A DNA stretch of 29,601 bases from a virus. Its lineage: Duplodnaviria > Caudoviricetes. The stretch lies in the IMG/VR virus record IMGVR_UViG_3300044952_001073, positions 1 through 29,601 of that record; one strand, 5' to 3'. This document shows, piece after piece, positions 25,244 through 29,601 of the stretch (its first letter is position 1; each line of letters begins with the position of its first letter). Position numbers and translations under genes: made by a program. The notes under the pieces were generated by a model. The model was not told the DNA's origin, searched no databases, and worked only from the letters and a program-made list of their open reading frames with translations.

Positions 25244-28210
25244 AAAACTCTTTTTTTTGCCGTCGCCCTCGCCGCTTGCTCAGCTTTTGCCGGGGCAAGA
25301 ATTGAAACCCTGGAAAATGACCTTTCAAAGAAACTGGTCCCGGGGTCCCTTGAAATTACGGCCGACGCAGATACAACGGTCCGCGGCCGCTTTTTATTCG
25401 CGGGCGGGGAATATAACACCGCCGGGTGGACGGGGCTTCTTTTTGTGGGTGTTTCAGGCGAGGGGGTCACGTTTACCAACAGCGCCGCCGGCCGCGGGTT
25501 CATGTCATGGGATATACCCGCAACAATGACGCCGACGAACGGGCGCTATGCCTTCCAAATTTTCGGCGCTCAGGGCGCGCGCATGGAAGAGTGGGCCCGC
25601 GGGGCAGTGACGGTCCGGGGCAACCCGGGGAAAACGGCGCTCCCTGTTGAATGGGTTAAAATGAACCCGGTTTATGTCATAGCCACAAACGCGCTTAAAA
25701 TCGCTCAGGACGCGTCGGGCGCCGCGGCCGGGGCAATACAAGCGGCAGGCGTTGCGGACGCAATAGCGCGCGCGGCAAGCTATACCGGCGGCCTCGCCTA
25801 TGCTCAGGCATTAAGCGCGACGGCCGCAAGCGAAGCAAACGCCTCCGCAATAACCGGCAAGGCCTCAGCCGCCCGGACAAATTACTGGGAGGCGGCATAC
25901 GCGCACGCCCTTGCAACAGGGAACCCCCATTCTTTAACGCTTGAAATTTTGGGGGCCATGCCGGCGGCGGCCGGGGCCGGTTTTTTCACCATTGACCAGA
26001 CCACGCCGCAGACCATTTCAAACGGGCCGCTTGACATAACGGGCAAAATGAACCAATACACCGTGGGCGACCCGTCCGGCGGCCTTTCCCCTTCCTATGG
26101 CGCCGAGTATACCCTTTATGGGTGCTATGATAACGGCTCCTATATTGACACCTCAGCCGGCGGGCCTTTTTACAATCAAGATATTTCAATATATGTCTGC
26201 CAGGCCTATGACCTGCCGGGCGGCGGGACCCTATACAGCTCGCAGGGGTCCGCGTTTTTTTCGGATTATAACGGGGCGTCCTTTTCTATCATGCTACAGT
26301 TTGCCGACTCGGGCAGTACATGGGGCGGCGCCGGCGTTTATTATATCGCCGTTTTATATGACGGGTCCAGCTACTATTGGAAAAATCTAGGGGCCTCGCC
26401 GGCCGTTTTAATTGATAGCCTGAGTTCATGGAATAGCGGCAACCCCGACCCGTATTCAAACACTCCATATTTTATGCAGGCCGGCACCCTTATGGGGCAA
26501 AATGAATGGTATGTTTATTCAGTTGACACCGCCTCCGGTGCGAACGTTGTTTCTTATTTCCCCATGTATTTGTGGGATTACGGCGACAACTATGGGTGGA
26601 AGGCGGACCTCTATTGGTTTGAAGACGCCGCGGCCGACTTTTATATCGTTTGGAATTACACGACGGGCTATTGGAAAGGGACCACCAGCCTGTCATTGAC
26701 AGACGACGGCAACTATTCGACGTGGACCTATGGAAGCCCGCCGCTTGACTATCCCTCGCCGCGAAGCGTGGCGCTTGACTTTCTGAGCGCGCATAATGAC
26801 GCGGTCGCAATGAAACTAAACAAGGACGGCCAATTTGAAACAAGCGTGGCCACCGGCCTGAGCCCTCTAAAAGTTGCGTCGACGACGGTCAATGAAAATT
26901 TAAACGCGGACCTTTTAGACGGCCAACACGCGAGCGCTTTTCAGCCGGCCGGAAGCTATCAGCCGGCGGGCTCGTATGTATCCCCGGCCGCGGCCACGCA
27001 GATTGTTGCGGCCGTCGCCATTACCAACATGACAAGCGCCTCGAGCGGCTTGACGGTTACAAAAAACGGCGCCACCGTTTCACTGTCAATCAGTGACGCA
27101 ACAGCCCCGGCCGTCGCGCTTGCATCTTCAAACGGAATGTTCAGCGCCGTTTTAAATACGAACGGATTTATCAGCGTGGCCGGCCGCACGCCGACCCCCG
27201 CGGTCTTTGCATATTCTAACAGGGTAAACGCCGGGCTCAGCCAATACACCCGGCTCGGAATTGCCAACGGAACGAACTGGATAGCGGGAAGATACGCGCC
27301 CGGCACCGGCGGATTGGATTATAGTTTTGACTATGGCACCAACTGGGCAAACAATGCAAGCGTGCCCAATACGCTCGCCATGATTGGCGTGGCTTATAAC
27401 GGGTCCCGCTATGTTGCCATGATGGGGAGAAGCCAATGGTCGGACCTTTATTATTCTGACACATTAAACGGGACCTGGACCCTTGCTTTGTCTATTCCGA
27501 ACGGCTACAGTTACGGGGAAATAAAATTCGACAATGGAATTTTCGCCGCCACCGTTTATGGCGTCATAACTACAAGCGCGGACGGAATAAATTGGACCAC
27601 GCGCTCTTCAGTTTATGGCGGGTCCAGCCTTCAATATCTGTCAGGCGGCACCTGGGTTTGCGGCAATGCTAATTATATTTCACGCCCGCGGCTCGTTGTA
27701 AGTTATGACAACGCCGCCACCTGGAATACCACGACGGTCTTTGAGTCTTTAACTCAGCGCATACTTGCCCTCGGGAAAATAGGGTCCACGCTCCTTGCGG
27801 TTTCCGGCGACGGCATTTACCGGCTCCCGTTTGACCTTTCAACATTTACAACGGTCCAGGCTTTAAACCCCGTAACTACATACGCAACCGTGGCGGTCCA
27901 TGGTGATAATGTTTGGGTTACAACAAACGGCACGGACTACAGAAGCACCGACGGCGGCTTTACGTTTGCCGACGCGGGTATTGTATCCGGGGCAATAACA
28001 GGAATAACCGTGGCGCCGGACGGGCTTTTCTTGCTTTTCGGTTCCTCGGCATATATCCACCGGTTTAGGGTTTTCAATTCGTTTAATTACTCAGCCCTGC
28101 CGGATAACGGGCTGACAAAAACAAACTGGTGGACCGACGCGTCAAGCGTTGTCCATACTCAGATTTTTAATAAAGGCGTTCTTACCCTTTGGACAAAGAA
28201 CGGGCTATAA
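25241..28210 (+). CDS. Tail fibre/receptor-binding protein with signal peptide and C-terminal Asp-box beta-propeller
   Basis: Tail-fibre motifs HA..TGNPH, NLNADLLDGQHASAF, QPAGSY x2. Asp-boxes YSFDYGTNW, TSADGINW, VSYDNAATW, RSTDGGFTF. N-terminus MKTLFFAVALAACSAFA. Confidence 0.78.
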   Translation: MKTLFFAVALAACSAFAGARIETLENDLSKKLVPGSLEITADADTTVRGRFLFAGGEYNTAGWTGLLFVGVSGEGVTFTNSAAGRGFMSWDIPATMTPTNGRYAFQIFGAQGARMEEWARGAVTVRGNPGKTALPVEWVKMNPVYVIATNALKIAQDASGAAAGAIQAAGVADAIARAASYTGGLAYAQALSATAASEANASAITGKASAARTNYWEAAYAHALATGNPHSLTLEILGAMPAAAGAGFFTIDQTTPQTISNGPLDITGKMNQYTVGDPSGGLSPSYGAEYTLYGCYDNGSYIDTSAGGPFYNQDISIYVCQAYDLPGGGTLYSSQGSAFFSDYNGASFSIMLQFADSGSTWGGAGVYYIAVLYDGSSYYWKNLGASPAVLIDSLSSWNSGNPDPYSNTPYFMQAGTLMGQNEWYVYSVDTASGANVVSYFPMYLWDYGDNYGWKADLYWFEDAAADFYIVWNYTTGYWKGTTSLSLTDDGNYSTWTYGSPPLDYPSPRSVALDFLSAHNDAVAMKLNKDGQFETSVATGLSPLKVASTTVNENLNADLLDGQHASAFQPAGSYQPAGSYVSPAAATQIVAAVAITNMTSASSGLTVTKNGATVSLSISDATAPAVALASSNGMFSAVLNTNGFISVAGRTPTPAVFAYSNRVNAGLSQYTRLGIANGTNWIAGRYAPGTGGLDYSFDYGTNWANNASVPNTLAMIGVAYNGSRYVAMMGRSQWSDLYYSDTLNGTWTLALSIPNGYSYGEIKFDNGIFAATVYGVITTSADGINWTTRSSVYGGSSLQYLSGGTWVCGNANYISRPRLVVSYDNAATWNTTTVFESLTQRILALGKIGSTLLAVSGDGIYRLPFDLSTFTTVQALNPVTTYATVAVHGDNVWVTTNGTDYRSTDGGFTFADAGIVSGAITGITVAPDGLFLLFGSSAYIHRFRVFNSFNYSALPDNGLTKTNWWTDASSVVHTQIFNKGVLTLWTKNGL

Positions 28211-28267
28211 TTTCCCGCAACCGGGCGGCGGTCGCCTGAGCGGTTAAAAAAGAGAAGAGGGCATAAA

Positions 28268-28657
28268 ATGAAAAGAGTGTTTATTATTGCGGCAATCATG
28301 GCGGCGGCCTGCGGCTCAGCGCTCGCGGACATTACTGTCACGAACGCGGCCTTGAATATTCAGGTGGTGACGGTTTCAACAAACACCGTGGTGGTGAAAA
28401 ATGCAAAGGCAATCTGGACCGGTTTCTCAATCCAATACTTTGCACCGGATTATAAGCGGTTCGCGGTTACTTTCAGCTCGTTCTGGAAAGACCTCGACAC
28501 CGGTATTGAAATCCCCAACACCCGAAAAACGGAATACATAAAGGACGTCGATTTTGCAAAGACGCTCGCCGCTATGGGGATGGATTTAAACGCATTGGCC
28601 ACCGGCATTACCCCCATGATGGACAAATACATGGAATTTAAGAGCAAGCAAAAGTAA
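28268..28657 (+). CDS. Hypothetical protein with signal peptide
   Basis: MKRVFIIAAIMAAACGSALA-D; RBS GAGG. Confidence 0.7.
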   Translation: MKRVFIIAAIMAAACGSALADITVTNAALNIQVVTVSTNTVVVKNAKAIWTGFSIQYFAPDYKRFAVTFSSFWKDLDTGIEIPNTRKTEYIKDVDFAKTLAAMGMDLNALATGITPMMDKYMEFKSKQK

Positions 28658-28666
28658 GGGAGCCCC

Positions 28667-29164
28667 ATGTCTAAAGAGGAGTCCTTTATTGAAATTCTTT
28701 TGAAAGACCTGGAAACGACGGCGGAAAAGCTGAGGGCCGGCGCCGTCGTTACCCAGGAAGAGCTTTTAAAATATCACGGCCAAAGCGGCCTAATTTTGGC
28801 GCGCTCGGTGCGGTCACTGTTGACCCGCGAGCAGATGGTTTCCATGATGCGCACGGAAATCAAGGCCAACTGCTCAGCATGCGAAGGGGCCCGCCGCTCT
28901 TTGCTTGCGGCAATCCATACGGACGCCATGAACGGCGCGCCGCGGGATGAAGGGCCGGGAACATTGAAAGCCGCCTTTGCCGCTAATTTCAGGCTGGTGG
29001 TTTTTCTGTTTTTCGGCGTTGTTTTGATTTTGGGCATTTTCACCATTGCCACCGGTCAACTCAAAGAAGCCGGCGTATTCACCAGAAACGCCGGGGAGGC
29101 TATCAGGAGCGCCCACCTGGGCTCGCTTGATAGTGACGGGCAAAACCACACGGCCAACAATTAA
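28667..29164 (+). CDS. Single-TM membrane protein (possible holin/lysis-module protein)
   Basis: TM segment LVVFLFFGVVLILGIFTIA; RBS GGAG; lies after the tail genes. Confidence 0.55.
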   Translation: MSKEESFIEILLKDLETTAEKLRAGAVVTQEELLKYHGQSGLILARSVRSLLTREQMVSMMRTEIKANCSACEGARRSLLAAIHTDAMNGAPRDEGPGTLKAAFAANFRLVVFLFFGVVLILGIFTIATGQLKEAGVFTRNAGEAIRSAHLGSLDSDGQNHTANN

Positions 29165-29182
29165 ACCCCGGGAGGGTCAATT

Positions 29183-29601
29183 ATGAAGCGTTTATGTGTC
29201 ATGGCGGCCGCGGCCGCTTTCATCGTTTGCACCGGTTGCCAAAGCACCGGCATTATCCACAAAGAGTATAACGAAAAAGGCGAGCTTACCAAAAAGGTGG
29301 CCGTATACCGGGGCTCGGTTGCAACCATTACGGAAACGAGCGGCTTGAAAGTTGACTATCAGGGAGTCAAGGCTGAGCTTGACGTATACAGCAACAAAGG
29401 CGACGTCGAGCTTGTCAATGCAATTTCCGCCGGCGTCATTGGCGGAATGATAGCATACGGGACCGGCGGGGCGAGCGCGGTCCCTGCGGGCGTTGCGGCG
29501 GCCCTGAGCGCGGCAAGGAAAAAAGCGGCCCCCGCAACTGTTGACGGCGAGGCCCCGGAAACGGGCCAGGCGGGCCCTCAGGCGGCCGGGGCTGAAAAGA
29601 C
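29183..29601 (+). CDS. Putative lipoprotein, 3'-truncated by the window
   Basis: RBS GGAGG; MKRLCVMAAAAAFIVCTG-C lipobox-like; frame open to the window end. Confidence 0.7.
   Translation, partial: MKRLCVMAAAAAFIVCTGCQSTGIIHKEYNEKGELTKKVAVYRGSVATITETSGLKVDYQGVKAELDVYSNKGDVELVNAISAGVIGGMIAYGTGGASAVPAGVAAALSAARKKAAPATVDGEAPETGQAGPQAAGAEK

Noticed and set aside
25241-28210. Diversity-generating retroelement target in the tail fibre
   Set aside because: No reverse transcriptase and no template/variable repeat pair seen in the window.
258-29149. Numerous minus-strand and alternate-frame ORFs in the track
   Set aside because: They overlap well-supported + strand genes, lack RBSs and motifs, and are expected shadows in GC-rich DNA.
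1-29601. tRNA, rRNA, integrase, endolysin, tail sheath, alternative genetic code
   Set aside because: None recognised; genes tile the window fully with the standard code.

Overview
A 29.6-kb segment of a tailed dsDNA bacteriophage or prophage. It looks siphovirus-like (no sheath gene seen), is about 55-60% GC by eye, uses the standard code, and has all credible genes on the + strand. Gene order: end of an SF2 helicase, primase-helicase, orphan DNA methyltransferase, small accessory ORFs, a palindrome/iteron-rich origin-like region, PD-(D/E)XK nuclease, Zn/sigma-region-4 HTH regulator, ParB-methyltransferase, terminase, portal, scaffold, major capsid, head-tail genes, tail tube, chaperone, tape measure, tail tip, tail fibre, and the start of a probable lysis/membrane module. 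Most notable: (1) a 1123-aa MuF-type minor head protein carrying two putative toxin enzymes in tandem (a PI3K/HipA-like kinase and an R-S-E ADP-ribosyltransferase), followed by a two-gene candidate immunity cassette with its own sigma70-type promoter; (2) a repeated compact motif TTGAC-N5-GGCCTAT-N3-AT(G) before late modules, three times running directly into the start codon, with a candidate cognate regulator at 6208-6609; (3) signal peptides on several proteins of the virion module, including the tail fibre; (4) a 56-aa ORF with 18 acidic and no basic residues. All protein assignments come from motif recognition by eye; no searches were run, and the host cannot be determined from this window.
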